DNA from: Eledone cirrhosa
Lineage: Eukaryota
DNA: 64,000 bases
Reading direction: 5' to 3'
Assembly: GCA_964016885.1 (NCBI GenBank)
Contig: OZ024740.1
Coordinates: forward strand, 422,406,001-422,470,000
The notes under the pieces are model-generated. The model was given only the letters and a program-made list of their open reading frames with translations. It made no database searches and was not told the DNA's origin. This document shows positions 1-13,243 of this stretch, piece by piece (the stretch's first letter is position 1; every line of letters starts with the position of its first letter). The position numbers were made by a program, and so were the translations under genes.

Positions 1-86
1 AGAACCGTGACGAATGGAGAGATGCCGTGCTTAATAAGACCCATTCCCTTGCAAGCAGGGAAAAGCGGACGTAAAATGATGATGAT
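1..86 (+). mobile_element. 3' end of an RTE-clade LINE with (GAT)n tail
   Basis: gcaagcagggaaaagcggacgtaaaatgatgatgat matches the reverse complement of the tail at ~16565-16610 and resembles the other RTE tails in the window. Confidence 0.75.
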
Positions 87-189
87 CAGATATAGATATA
101 GATATAGATATGTGAATATATATATATATATGATAATGATGAAGTAGAAGGTAATAATGTGTAGGAAGTGTAGCAATGAAATACAGTTT

Positions 190-660
190 TCCCAATCCCA
201 AGAAGATACATAGAATCAGTTGATAACTTCTGTTGTCTTGGTGACAGAATTAACAGCGGAGGAGATAGTTCCAAAAGCATAGCAGACAGAATAAGGAAAG
301 GCTGGAGAAAGTTCAGGGAGCTACCAACTTCGTTAATGATAAAGGGTCCTTCTTCACAAGAGACGTTCAGATCACATGATGCCCACATGAGAAGTGCAAT
401 GCTTCAAGTTAGCGAGACAGGGTGTAATAAATGTAGAGGGTGTGCAGAAACTGGGGACAAAGGAAGTGAGTATGCTCCACTGGATGTGCAATGTTACTGT
501 GCATGAACAACGGGACATGAATTATGTAAGAGAAAACCTGGGTATAATAAGAATGAGATGTACTGCAGAAGAGAGATCATATTGGCACTGACGTGTGATG
601 TATATGGATGATGAATGGAGGAGGGTGAGGAAGTGACAGGAAGACTGAGATAAACCTCGG
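190..660 (+). mobile_element. Degenerate RTE LINE fragment (C-terminal RT region)
   Basis: Decayed match to the VDSFRYLGD...GWKKFREL...MLRWMCN region of the intact RTE ORF at 18262-20742. Confidence 0.7.
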
Positions 661-759
661 CTGAATTAATAAAAAAAGTCTCAAGCCAGAAGGTTTGTTA
701 GGGCTGGGTGCTTATGGTGCTTATTCCAGTTTCATGGTGTGAAGCAACTTAGAGTACAA

Positions 760-975
760 GACTCCCCCCCCCCCCCCCCTGGACAGGACACCAATCCATC
801 GTAGGGTTAACCCTCTCAGCTATTGCTGGTACTCATTTTCAGCTGAGTATACTGGAGCAACGTGAAATGTAGTATCTTGCTCAAGAACACAACACACAAT
901 CCAGTCCAGGAATCAAACCCACACCATTATGATCGTAAGTCCAACACCCTTACCACTAGGCTACGTACCTCCACT
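760..975 (-). mobile_element. tRNA-derived SINE with CORE-like body
   Basis: Minus strand reads ggaggtacgtagcctagtggtaagggtgttggac (A-box-like) ... gggtttgattcc (B-box-like), then tgttcttgagcaagatactacatttcacgttgctccag. The same body recurs at 16762-16818. Confidence 0.7.
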
Positions 976-979
976 TATT

Positions 980-1235
980 AGAACTGACCTCAAAACACTG
1001 AATGCTGTAGAAGAATGACAAAAGAATGCTAAAAGTGGAGAAAAGTTGTGCTGGAAAGAACCTATTTTAACTATGCAAGCATAGAAAATAATCTGGACAG
1101 GAGTAGTAAAAGCTGACCTTAAAACATTGACTTTATAGAGGAGATGACAAAGGAATGCTACATGTGGAGAGAAACTGCGCTAGAGAGAACATATCTTATC
1201 TATGCAATCTTAGAAAAACAGACATAAAATGATGT
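980..1235 (+). mobile_element. Two tandem degenerate RTE 3'-end fragments
   Basis: ctgacct.aaaaca.tga...atgacaaa.gaatgcta...gtggaga...tatgcaa...tagaaaa occurs twice (~985-1090 and ~1112-1234) and ends in aaatgatg. Confidence 0.55.
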
Positions 1236-1749
1236 CTTCTGTATTGTTGAAGACACAATTACTTTCCAGTTTCCGTTTCTTTATTAGAACCTTCTCATAT
1301 TTTCTAATAAAGCCTCTGCAGTTTGCTTGGAATAACAAAGTTCTTAACTCTATAATTTCGTCAGTGTTTCTAGACTTTCACAGTCTCATCATCAGAAGTG
1401 TTGTTGGTTTATTTTTACTGCCTCTTTTATTGTAGGTATATATATATTTTGTGAAGTTTTATGCAGTTTTTCTTATTTTGCCCACATTTCATGGATTCCA
1501 TTTGAGAATTTGAATATTAAATTTGACTGTAAGACTCACATGTCAGAATTTAGGTGTTCATGACGTGTATGGTTCTTGAGTGGCTGGCACTATAAAGCAG
1601 TTGGTAGAAACTGCATATGATGTACACAATGTAAAGTATGGGTTCAAAAGTGATGTAGTGGGATAGCAGGCCAACCAACAGTAGACATAGTACATAGCTG
1701 ATGTGCAAGGATAGTTGGTAGCATGAACATCAGTGAAATGAGCTATTTA

Positions 1750-2800
1750 CAATCCTGGGAAGGCTCCATAGAAGTAGTTGATAGCTTCTGCTACTTGGAT
1801 GACCTAATTATTAGTGAAGGAGGTTGCTAAGAAAGCATAGTAGCTAGGATAAGAACAAGCTGGAGAAAGGTCAGAGAGCTATTACCTCTGTTGACAACAA
1901 AATATTTCTCACTATGAATGAAAAGCCAGCATTATGATGCCTGCATGTGATGTGCAATATTGCAATGTAGAGAGACAGGGGCAGTAAATGCAAAGGATTG
2001 CAAAGGCCAAAAAGAAATGAAGCAAGCATACTTCAATTTTATGGGTATGAATGATAAAACATGGATGAACTGAGAGAAAAAACTGGGTATAAGAGGAATC
2101 AGATGTAGTGTGTAAGAGAGAAGACTGCATTGGTGTGTATGGATGATGATTGTTGGGTGACTGTCAGGAAATCTCTGTGGAAGAAAGCTGCAATAGAGGA
2201 AGACCTGGGCAGAGCTGGTGAGAGCTGATCCCAAATTGTTGAAGCTCATGATGAAGGAATGTAACAAGTGGAGGGAAGTAATGCTACAAAAGACCCATGT
2301 AACACATACAGGCATGGAAAAATGGACATGATGATGATGTACATAGATGCATGTATATACAGAAATAAGCAGACTTTATGATACCAGTATGTGAACTGCA
2401 ATGCTACATGGCAGTGAGACATGGAATTCAACATACAACAGCAGTGAGATATGGGCCTTGACTGTATGATAGAAAGCCTGGAAAGACTAGAAAAAAAAGC
2501 AACTAGCATGCTCTGGTGGGTATGTAATGTTAGTGTGCATAAATAAGGTAGCATAAAAGAGGACTTGGATACTGTATGCAAGAGAGAAGATTGCGATGGT
2601 TTGGTCATGTAATACCTTTGGAAGATGACAGCTGTATAGAAAATTACAGAGAAATCTGATGGGACTCATGGAAGAAGTTAGACCTAGGAAGACATGAGAT
2701 GATTCAGTGAAGTCAGACGTTAGGAAACTGACTCATAACAGATGACAAAGGACCATGAGGATTAGCAACATATAGTACTGAAGAAGACTTACCTATCAAC
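1750..2800 (+). mobile_element. Degenerate RTE LINE 3' fragments (at least two)
   Basis: Decayed EVVDSFCYL / GWRKVRELLPLL / MLHGSETW / LRWFGH motifs; gatgatgat tail at ~2330. Confidence 0.7.
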
Positions 2801-3099
2801 ATAAGAATGTAACCGGACCTATTGTCACAGTTCCACCATTGCTTCTTAGTAACCAATTGAGGATTATAGCTGTTCTAATTATTGCAGTCCCTCCCTCCCT
2901 CCATTGATTCCTATTACACTTGTCGTACACTTCTGACATCTCTCCCACATCACCCCTTTGAATCCCCACCACACCTTTCATACACCTTGACATTATATTG
3001 TCATCTATCCATGACATCTTACCTCCCTATACTCTATCCCTCACATAGGGAGGTAAGGGAAAGTAGTGTGTACTAGATGTATGCGTCAATCTGGGAGGG

Positions 3100-3599
3100 C
3101 GGGTCTTCTGTAATACTGCATAACGCCAGAGATCTCGATCCTGTGTCATCGCCTTTGAGCGGTGCAATTATGCACAGTCAATTTTTATCAACTCCTCCCA
3201 AGTCTTCCTGGGTCATCCTACTCCATAGCTTCCATCAACTTTGAGCACCCTGCACCTTTCTATAGAGCTGTCATCCTTCATATGCATCACATGTCCATAC
3301 CAGTGCAATCTCCTCCCCTGCACACTGCATTTGATCCTTCTTATGCCCAGTTTCTCTCTTAGTTCATTTATACTTTGCCATTCATGTAGATTACTATTAC
3401 ATATCCTTTGAAGCATGCCAGCTTCATTTCTTTCCAATCTTCGCAAGTCATCTGCACACTGTATCCAGATCTCACTACTATGTAACATTGCTATTCAGAT
3501 ACACGCATTATACAATCTGCCCTTCATTTTGAGGGAAAAACCTTTTGTAGCTAACAGTGGTAGCAGCTCCCTCTACTGTTTCCATCCCGTTCTCACTCA
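3100..3599 (-). mobile_element. Old RTE LINE 3' coding fragment whose 5' edge seeds the satellite
   Basis: ORF 3213-3488(-) [12 protein letters not shown]...RRLHWYGHVMHM is homologous to the RTE C-terminus and continues directly into the first satellite unit. Confidence 0.85.
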
Positions 3600-6500
3600 C
3601 CTTTTGTAGCTAGCAGTGGTAGCAGCTCCCTCTACTATTCCCATCCTGTTCTCACCTTTTGTAGCTAGCAGTGGTAGCAGCTCCCTCTACTATTCCCATC
3701 CCGTTCTCACCTTTTGTAGCTAGCAGTGGTAGCAGCTCCCTCTACTATTCCCATCCCGTTCTCACCTTTTGTAGCTAGCAGTGGTAGCAGCTCCCTCTAC
3801 TATTCCCATCCTGTTCTCACCTTTTGTAGCAAGCAGTGGTAGCAGCTCCCTCTACTGTTTCCATCCCGTTCTCACTCACCTTTTGTAGCTAGCAGTGGTA
3901 GCAGCTCCCTCTACTATTCCCATCCCGTTCTCACCTTTTGTAGCTAGCAGTGGTAGCAGCTCCCTCTACTATTCCCATCCCGTTCTCACCTTTTGTAGCT
4001 AGCAGTGGTAGCAGCTCCCTCTACTATTCCCATCCCGTTCTCACCTTTTGTAGCTAGCAGTGGTAGCAGCTCCCTCTACTATTCCCATCCCGTTCTCACC
4101 TTTTGTAGCTAGCAGTGGTAGCAGCTCCCTCTACTATTCCCATCCCGTTCTCACCTTTTGTAGCAAGCAGTGGTAGCAGCTCCCTCTACTGTTTCCATTC
4201 CGTTCTCACTCACCTTTTGTAGCTAGCAGTGGTAGCAGCTCCCTCTACTATTCCCATCCCGTTCTCACCTTTTGTAGCTAGCAGTGGTAGCAGCTCCCTC
4301 TACTGTTTCCATTCCGTTCTCACTCACCTTTTGTAGCTAGCAGTGGTAGGAGCTCCCTCTACTGTTTCCATCCCGTTCTCACCTTTTGTAGCTAGCAGTG
4401 GTAGCAGCTCCCTCTACTGTTTCCATTCCGTTCTCACTCACCTTTTGTAGCTAGCAGTGGTAGCAGCTCCCTCTACTGTTTCCATTCCGTTCTCACTCAC
4501 CTTTTGTAGCTAGCAGTGGTAGCAGCTCCCTCTACTGTTTCCATCCCGTTCTCACCTTTTGTAGCAAGCAGTGGTAGCAGCTCCCTCTACTGTTTCCATC
4601 CCGTTCTCACCTTTTGTAGCAAGCAGTGGTAGCAGCTCCCTCTACTGTTTCCATCCCGTTCTCACCTTTTGTAGCAAGCAGTGGTAGCAGCTCCCTCTAC
4701 TGTTTCCATCCCGTTCTCACCTTTTGTAGCAAGCAGTGGTAGCAGCTCTCTCTACTGTTTCCATCCCGTTCTCACCTTTTGTAGCAAGCAGTGGTAGCAG
4801 CTCCCTCTACTGTTTCCATCCCGTTCTCACCTTTTGTAGCAAGCAGTGGTAGCAGCTCCCTCTACTGTTTCCATCCCGTTCTCACCTTTTGTAGCAAGCA
4901 GTGGTAGCAGCTCCCTCTACTGTTTCCATCCCGTTCTCACCTTTTGTAGCTAGCAGTGGTAGCAGCTCCCTCTACTGTTTCCATTCCGTTCTCACTCACC
5001 TTTTGTAGCAAGCAGTGGTAGCAGCTCCCTCTACTGTTTCCATCCCGTTCTCACCTTTTGTAGCTAGCAGTGGTAGCAGCTCCCTCTACTGTTTCCATTC
5101 CGTTCTCACTCACCTTTTGTAGCAAGCAGTGGTAGCAGCTCCCTCTACTGTTTCCATCCCGTTCTCACCTTTTGTAGCTAGCAGTGGTAGCAGCTCCCTC
5201 TACTGTTTCCATTCCGTTCTCACTCACCTTTTGTAGCAAGCAGTGGTAGCAGCTCCCTCTACTGTTTCCATCCCGTTCTCACCTTTTGTAGCTAGCAGTG
5301 GTAGCAGCTCCCTCTACTGTTTCCATCCCGTTCTCACTCACCTTTTGTAGCTAGCAGTGGTAGCAGCTCCCTCTACTGTTTCCATTCCGTTCTCACTCAC
5401 CTTTTGTAGCTAGCAGTGGTAGCAGCTCCCTCTACTGTTTCCATCCCGTTCTCACCTTTTGTAGCAAGCAGTGGTAGCAGCTCCCTCTACTATTCCCATC
5501 CCGTTCTCACCTTTTGTAGCTAGCAGTGGTAGCAGCTCCCTCTACTATTCCCATCCCGTTCTCACCTTTTGTAGCTAGCAGTGGTAGCAGCTCCCTCTAC
5601 TATTCCCATCCCGTTCTCACCTTTTGTAGCTAGCAGTGGTAGCAGCTCCCTCTACTATTCCCATCCCGTTCTCACCTTTTGTAGCTAGCAGTGGTAGCAG
5701 CTCCCTCTACTATTCCCATCCCGTTCTCACCTTTTGTAGCAAGCAGTGGTAGCAGCTCCCTCTACTGTTTCCATTCCGTTCTCACTCACCTTTTGTAGCT
5801 AGCAGTGGTAGCAGCTCCCTCTACTATTCCCATCCCGTTCTCACCTTTTGTAGCTAGCAGTGGTAGCAGCTCCCTCTACTATTCCCATCCCGTTCTCACC
5901 TTTTGTAGCTAGCAGTGGTAGCAGCTCCCTCTACTATTCCCATCCCGTTCTCACCTTTTGTAGCAAGCAGTGGTAGCAGCTCCCTCTACTGTTTCCATCC
6001 CGTTCTCACCTTTTGTAGCTAGCAGTGGTAGCAGCTCCCTCTACTGTTTCCATCCCGTTCTCACTCACCTTTTGTAGCAAGCAGTGGTAGCAGCTCCCTC
6101 TACTGTTTCCATCCCGTTCTCACCTTTTGTAGCAAGCAGTGGTAGCAGCTCCCTCTACTGTTTCCATCCCGTTCTCACCTTTTGTAGCTAGCAGTGGTAG
6201 CAGCTCCCTCTACTATTCCCATCCCGTTCTCACCTTTTGTAGCAAGCAGTGGTAGCAGCTCCCTCTACTGTTTCCATCCCGTTCTCACCTTTTGTAGCTA
6301 GCAGTGGTAGCAGCTCCCTCTACTGTTTCCATCCCGTTCTCACCTTTTGTAGCAAGCGGTGGTAGTAGATCCCTCTACTGTTTCCATCCCGTTCTCACCT
6401 TTTGTAGCAAGCAGTGGTAGCAGCTCCCTCTACTGTTTCCATCCCGTTCTCACCTTTTGTAGCTAGCAGTGGTAGCAGCTCCCTCTACTGTTTCCATCCC

Positions 6501-9500
6501 GTTCTCACCTTTTGTAGCTAGCAGTGGTAGCAGCTCCCTCTACTGTTTCCATCCCGTTCTCACTCACCTTTTGTAGCTAGCAGTGGTAGCAGCTCCCTCT
6601 ACTGTTTCCATCCCGTTCTCACCTTTTGTAGCAAGCAGTGGTAGCAGCTCCCTCTACTGTTTCCATCCCGTTCTCACCTTTTGTAGCAAGCAGTGGTAGC
6701 AGCTCCCTCTACTGTTTCCATCCCGTTCTCACCTTTTGTAGCTAGCAGTGGTAGCAGCTCCCTCTACTGTTTCCATCCCGTTCTCACCTTTTGTAGCAAG
6801 CAGTGGTAGCAGCTCCCTCTACTGTTTCCATCCCGTTCTCACCTTTTGTAGCAAGCAGTGGTAGCAGCTCCCTCTACTGTTTCCATCCCGTTCTCACCTT
6901 TTGTAGCTAGCAGTGGTAGCAGCTCCCTCTACTGTTTCCATCCCGTTCTCACCTTTTGTAGCAAGCAGTGGTAGCAGCTCCCTCTACTGTTTCCATCCCG
7001 TTCTCACCTTTTGTAGCTAGCAGTGGTAGCAGCTCCCTCTACTGTTTCCATCCCGTCCTCACCTTTTGTAGCAAGCAGTGGTAGCAGCTCCCTCTACTGT
7101 TTCCATCCCGTTCTCACCTTTTGTAGCTAGCAGTGGTAGCAGCTCCCTCTACTGTTTCCATCCCGTTCTCACTCACCTTTTGTAGCTAGCAGTGGTAGCA
7201 GCTCCCTCTACTGTTTCCATCCCGTTCTCACCTTTTGTAGCAAGCAGTGGTAGCAGCTCCCTCTACTGTTTCCATCCCGTTCTCACCTTTTGTAGCTAGC
7301 AGTGGTAGCAGCTCCCTCTACTGTTTCCATCCCGTTCTCACTCACCTTTTGTAGCTAGCAGTGGTAGCAGCTCCCTCTACTGTTTCCATCCCGTTCTCAC
7401 CTTTTGTAGCAAGCAGTGGTAGCAGCTCCCTCTACTGTTTCCATCCCGTTCTCACCTTTTGTAGCTAGCAGTGGTAGCAGCTCCCTCTACTGTTTCCATC
7501 CCGTTCTCACCTTTTGTAGCAAGCAGTGGTAGCAGCTCCCTCTACTGTTTCCATCCCGTTCTCACCTTTTGTAGCTAGCAGTGGTAGCAGCTCCCTCTAC
7601 TGTTTCCATCCCGTTCTCACCTTTTGTAGCTAGCAGTGGTAGCAGCTCCCTCTACTGTTTCCATCCCGTTCTCACCTTTTGTAGCAAGCAGTGGTAGCAG
7701 CTCCCTCTACTGTTTCCATTCCGTTCTCACTCACCTTTTGTAGCTAGCAGTGGTAGCAGCTCCCTCTACTGTTTCCATTCCGTTCTCACCTTTTGTAGCA
7801 AGCAGTGGTAGCAGCTCCCTCTACTGTTTCCATTCCGTTCTCACTCACCTTTTGTAGCTAGCAGTGGTAGCAGCTCCCTCTACTGTTTCCATTCCGTTCT
7901 CACCTTTTGTAGCTAGCAGTGGTAGCAGCTCCCTCTACTGTTTCCATTCCGTTCTCACCTTTTGTAGCTAGCAGTGGTAGCAGCTCCCTCTACTGTTTCC
8001 ATTCCGTTCTCACTCACCTTTTGTAGCTAGCAGTGGTAGCAGCTCCCTCTACTGTTTCCATTCCGTTCTCACCTTTTGTAGCTAGCAGTGGTAGCAGCTC
8101 CCTCTACTGTTTCCATTCCGTTCTCACTCACCTTTTGTAGCTAGCAGTGGTAGCAGCTCCCTCTACTGTTTCCATTCCGTTCTCACTCACCTTTTGTAGC
8201 AAGCAGTGGTAGCAGCTCCCTCTACTGTTTCCATTCCGTTCTCACTCACCTTTTGTAGCTAGCAGTGGTAGGAGCTCCCTCTACTGTTTCCATCCCGTTC
8301 TCACCTTTTGTAGCTAGCAGTGGTAGCAGCTCCCTCTACTGTTTCCATTCCGTTCTCACTCACCTTTTGTAGCTAGCAGTGGTAGCAGCTCCCTCTACTG
8401 TTTCCATTCCGTTCTCACTCACCTTTTGTAGCTAGCAGTGGTAGCAGCTCCCTCTACTGTTTCCATCCCGTTCTCACCTTTTGTAGCAAGCAGTGGTAGC
8501 AGCTCCCTCTACTGTTTCCATCCCGTTCTCACCTTTTGTAGCAAGCAGTGGTAGCAGCTCCCTCTACTGTTTCCATCCCGTTCTCACCTTTTGTAGCAAG
8601 CAGTGGTAGCAGCTCCCTCTACTGTTTCCATCCCGTTCTCACCTTTTGTAGCAAGCAGTGGTAGCAGCTCTCTCTACTGTTTCCATCCCGTTCTCACCTT
8701 TTGTAGCAAGCAGTGGTAGCAGCTCCCTCTACTGTTTCCATCCCGTTCTCACCTTTTGTAGCAAGCAGTGGTAGCAGCTCCCTCTACTGTTTCCATCCCG
8801 TTCTCACCTTTTGTAGCAAGCAGTGGTAGCAGCTCCCTCTACTGTTTCCATCCCGTTCTCACCTTTTGTAGCTAGCAGTGGTAGCAGCTCCCTCTACTGT
8901 TTCCATTCCGTTCTCACTCACCTTTTGTAGCAAGCAGTGGTAGCAGCTCCCTCTACTGTTTCCATCCCGTTCTCACCTTTTGTAGCTAGCAGTGGTAGCA
9001 GCTCCCTCTACTGTTTCCATTCCGTTCTCACTCACCTTTTGTAGCAAGCAGTGGTAGCAGCTCCCTCTACTGTTTCCATCCCGTTCTCACCTTTTGTAGC
9101 TAGCAGTGGTAGCAGCTCCCTCTACTGTTTCCATTCCGTTCTCACTCACCTTTTGTAGCAAGCAGTGGTAGCAGCTCCCTCTACTGTTTCCATCCCGTTC
9201 TCACCTTTTGTAGCTAGCAGTGGTATCAGCTCCCTCTACTGTTTCCATTCCGTTCTCACTCACCTTTTGTAGCAAGCAGTGGTAGCAGCTCCCTCTACTG
9301 TTTCCATCCCGTTCTCACCTTTTGTAGCTAGCAGTGGTAGCAGCTCCCTCTACTGTTTCCATCCCGTTCTCACCTTTTGTAGCTAGCAGTGGTAGCAGCT
9401 CCCTCTACTGTTTCCATCCCGTTCTCACCTTTTGTAGCAAGCAGTGGTAGCAGCTCCCTCTACTGTTTCCATCCCGTTCTCACCTTTTGTAGCAAGCAGT

Positions 9501-12500
9501 GGTAGCAGCTCCCTCTACTGTTTCCATTCCGTTCTCACTCACCTTTTGTAGCTAGCAGTGGTAGCAGCTCCCTCTACTGTTTCCATCCCGTTCTCACCTT
9601 TTGTAGCTAGCAGTGGTAGCAGCTCCCTCTACTGTTTCCATCCCGTTCTCACCTTTTGTAGCTAGCAGTGGTAGCAGCTCCCTCTACTGTTTCCATTCCG
9701 TTCTCACTCACCTTTTGTAGCTAGCAGTGGTAGCAGCTCCCTCTACTGTTTCCATCCCGTTCTCACCTTTTGTAGCTAGCAGTGGTAGCAGCTCCCTCTA
9801 CTATTTCCATCCCGTTCTCACCTTTTGTAGCTAGCAGTGGTAGCAGCTCCCTCTACTGTTTCCATTCCGTTCTCACTCACCTTTTGTAGCTAGCAGTGGT
9901 AGCAGCTCCCTCTACTGTTTCCATCCCGTTCTCACCTTTTGTAGCAAGCAGTGGTAGCAGCTCCCTCTACTGTTTCCATTCCGTTCTCACTCACCTTTTG
10001 TAGCTAGCAGTGGTAGCAGCTCCCTCTATTATTCCCATCCCGTTCTCACCTTTTGTAGCTAACAGTGGTAGCAGCTCCCTCTACTGTTTCCATTCCGTTC
10101 TCACTCACCTTTTGTAGCTAGCAGTGGTAGCAGCTCCCTCTACTGTTTCCATCCCGTTCTCACCTTTTGTAGCAAGCAGTGGTAGCAGCTCCCTCTACTA
10201 TTCCCATCCCGTTCTCACTCACCTTTTGTAGCAAGCAGTGGTAGCAGCTCCCTCTACTATTCCCATCCCGTTCTCACTCACCTTTTGTAGCAAGCAGTGG
10301 TAGCAGCTCCCTCTACTGTTTCCATCCCGTTCTCACCTTTTGTAGCAAGCAGTGGGAGCAGCTCCCTCTACTATTCCCATCCCGTTCTCACTCACCTTTT
10401 GTAGCTAGCAGTGGTAGCAGCTCCCTCTACTATTCCCATCCCGTTCTCACTCACCTTTTGTAGCAAGCAGTGGTAGCAGCTCCCTCTACTATTCCCATCC
10501 CGTTCTCACTCACCTTTTGTAGCAAGCAGTGGTAGCAGCTCCCTCTACTGTTTCCATCCCGTTCTCACCTTTTGTAGCAAGCAGTGGTAGCAGCTCCCTC
10601 TACTATTCCCATCCCGTTCTCACTCACCTTTTGTAGCAAGCAGTGGTAGCAGCTCCCTCTACTGTTTCCATCCCGTTCTCACCTTTTGTAGCTAGCAGTG
10701 GTAGCAGCTCCCTCTACTGTTTCCATTCCGTTCTCACTCACCTCTTGTAGCAAGCAGTGGTAGCAGCTCCCTCTACTGTTTCCATCCCGTTCTCACCTTT
10801 TGTAGCTAGCAGTGGTAGCAGCTCCCTCTACTGTTTCCATCCCGTTCTCACCTTTTGTAGCTAGCAGTGGTAGCAGCTCCCTCTACTGTTTCCATCCCGT
10901 TCTCACCTTTTGTAGCAAGCAGTGGTAGCAGCTCCCTCTACTGTTTCCATCCCGTTCTCACCTTTTGTAGCAAGCAGTGGTAGCAGCTCCCTCTACTGTT
11001 TCCATTCCGTTCTCACTCACCTTTTGTAGCTAGCAGTGGTAGCAGCTCCCTCTACTGTTTCCATCCCGTTCTCACCTTTTGTAGCTAGCAGTGGTAGCAG
11101 CTCCCTCTACTGTTTCCATCCCGTTCTCACCTTTTGTAGCTAGCAGTGGTAGCAGCTCCCTCTACTGTTTCCATTCCGTTCTCACTCACCTTTTGTAGCT
11201 AGCAGTGGTAGCAGCTCCCTCTACTGTTTCCATCCCGTTCTCACCTTTTGTAGCTAGCAGTGGTAGCAGCTCCCTCTACTATTTCCATCCCGTTCTCACC
11301 TTTTGTAGCTAGCAGTGGTAGCAGCTCCCTCTACTGTTTCCATTCCGTTCTCACTCACCTTTTGTAGCTAGCAGTGGTAGCAGCTCCCTCTACTGTTTCC
11401 ATCCCGTTCTCACCTTTTGTAGCAAGCAGTGGTAGCAGCTCCCTCTACTGTTTCCATCCCGTTCTCACCTTTTGTAGCTAGCAGTGGTAGCAGCTCCCTC
11501 TACTGTTTCCATTCCGTTCTCACTCACCTTTTGTAGCTAGCAGTGGTAGCAGCTCCCTCTACTGTTTCCATCCCGTTCTCACCTTTTGTAGCTAGCAGTG
11601 GTAGCAGCTCCCTCTACTGTTTCCATTCCGTTCTCACTCACCTTTTGTAGCTAGCAGTGGTAGCAGCTCCCTCTACTGTTTCCATCCCGTTCTCACCTTT
11701 TGTAGCAAGCAGTGGTAGCAGCTCCCTCTACTGTTTCCATTCCGTTCTCACTCACCTTTTGTAGCTAGCAGTGGTAGCAGCTCCCTCTACTATTCCCATC
11801 CCGTTCTCACCTTTTGTAGCTAACAGTGGTAGCAGCTCCCTCTACTGTTTCCATTCCGTTCTCACTCACCTTTTGTAGCTAGCAGTGGTAGCAGCTCCCT
11901 CTACTGTTTCCATCCCGTTCTCACCTTTTGTAGCAAGCAGTGGTAGCAGCTCCCTCTACTATTCCCATCCCGTTTCACTCACCTTTTGTAGCAAGCAGTG
12001 GTAGCAGCTCCCTCTCCTATTCCCATCCCGTTCTCACTCACCTTTTGTAGCAAGCAGTGGTAGCAGCTCCCTCTACTGTTTCCATCCCGTTCTCACCTTT
12101 TGTAGCAAGCAGTGGGAGCAGCTCCCTCTACTATTCCCATCCCGTTCTCACTCACCTTTTGTAGCTAGCAGTGGTAGCAGCTCCCTCTACTATTCCCATC
12201 CCGTTCTCACTCACCTTTTGTAGCAAGCAGTGGTAGCAGCTCCCTCTACTATTCCCATCCCGTTCTCACTCACCTTTTGTAGCTAGCAGTGGTAGCAGCT
12301 CCCTCTACTATTCCCATCCCGTTCTCACTCACCTTTTGTAGCAAGCAGTGGTAGCAGCTCCCTCTACTATTCCCATCCCGTTCTCACTCACCTTTTGTAG
12401 CAAGCAGTGGTAGCAGCTCCCTCTACTATTCCCATCCCGTTCTCACTCACCTTTTGTAGCAAGCAGTGGTAGCAGCTCCCTCTACTATTCCCATTCCGTT

Positions 12501-13243
12501 CTCACTCACCTTTTGTAGCAAGCAGTGGTAGCAGCTCCCTCTACTATTCCCATCCCGTTCTCACTCATCTTTTGTAGCAAGCAGTGGTAGCAGCTCCCTC
12601 TACTGTTTCCATTCCGTTCTCACTCACCTTTTGTAGCTAGCAGTGGTAGCAGCTCCCTCTACTGTTTCCATTCCGTTCTCACTCACCTTTTGTAGCTAGC
12701 AGTGGTAGCAGCTCCCTCTACTGTTTCCATCCCGTTCTCACTTTTTGTAGCTAGCAGTGGTAGCAGCTCCCTCTACTGTTTCCATTCCGTTCTCACTCAC
12801 CTTTTGTAGCTAGCAGTGGTAGCAGCTCCCTCTACTGTTTCCATCCCGTTCTCACCTTTTGTAGCAAGCAGTGGTAGCAGCTCCCTCTACTGTTTCCATT
12901 CCGTTCTCACTCACCTTTTTTAGCTAGCAGTGGTAGCAGCTCCCTCTACTGTTTCCATTCCGTTCTCACCTTTTGTAGCTAGCAGTGGTAGCAGCTCCCT
13001 CTACTGTTTCCATTCCGTTCTCACTCACCTTTTGTAGCTAGCAGTGTTAGCAGCTCCCTCTACTATTCCCATCCCGTTCTCACCTTTTGTAGCTAGCAGT
13101 GGTAGCAGCTCCCTCTACTGTTTCCATCCCGTTCTCACCTTTTGTAGCTAGCAGTGGTAGCAGCTCCCTCTACTGTTTCCATCCCGTTCTCACCTTTTGT
13201 AGCTAGCAGTGGTAGCAGCTCCCTCTACCGTTTCCATCCCGTT
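3541..13243. repeat. Tandem satellite, 55-bp unit (59 bp with extra ctca), roughly 170 copies, derived from RTE RT coding sequence
   Basis: Unit ccttttgtagctagcagtggtagcagctccctctactgtttccatcccgttctca[ctca]. The reverse complement encodes VRTGWKQ*RELLPLLATK, and the unit aligns to the RTE copy at ~47502-47556. Confidence 0.97.

Noticed and set aside
900-975. tRNA gene
   Set aside because: Only the degenerate tRNA-like head of a SINE; no full cloverleaf.
3541-13243. CRISPR-like regular array
   Set aside because: Units are contiguous with no unique spacers and no cas genes; the context is eukaryotic and the unit is RTE-derived.
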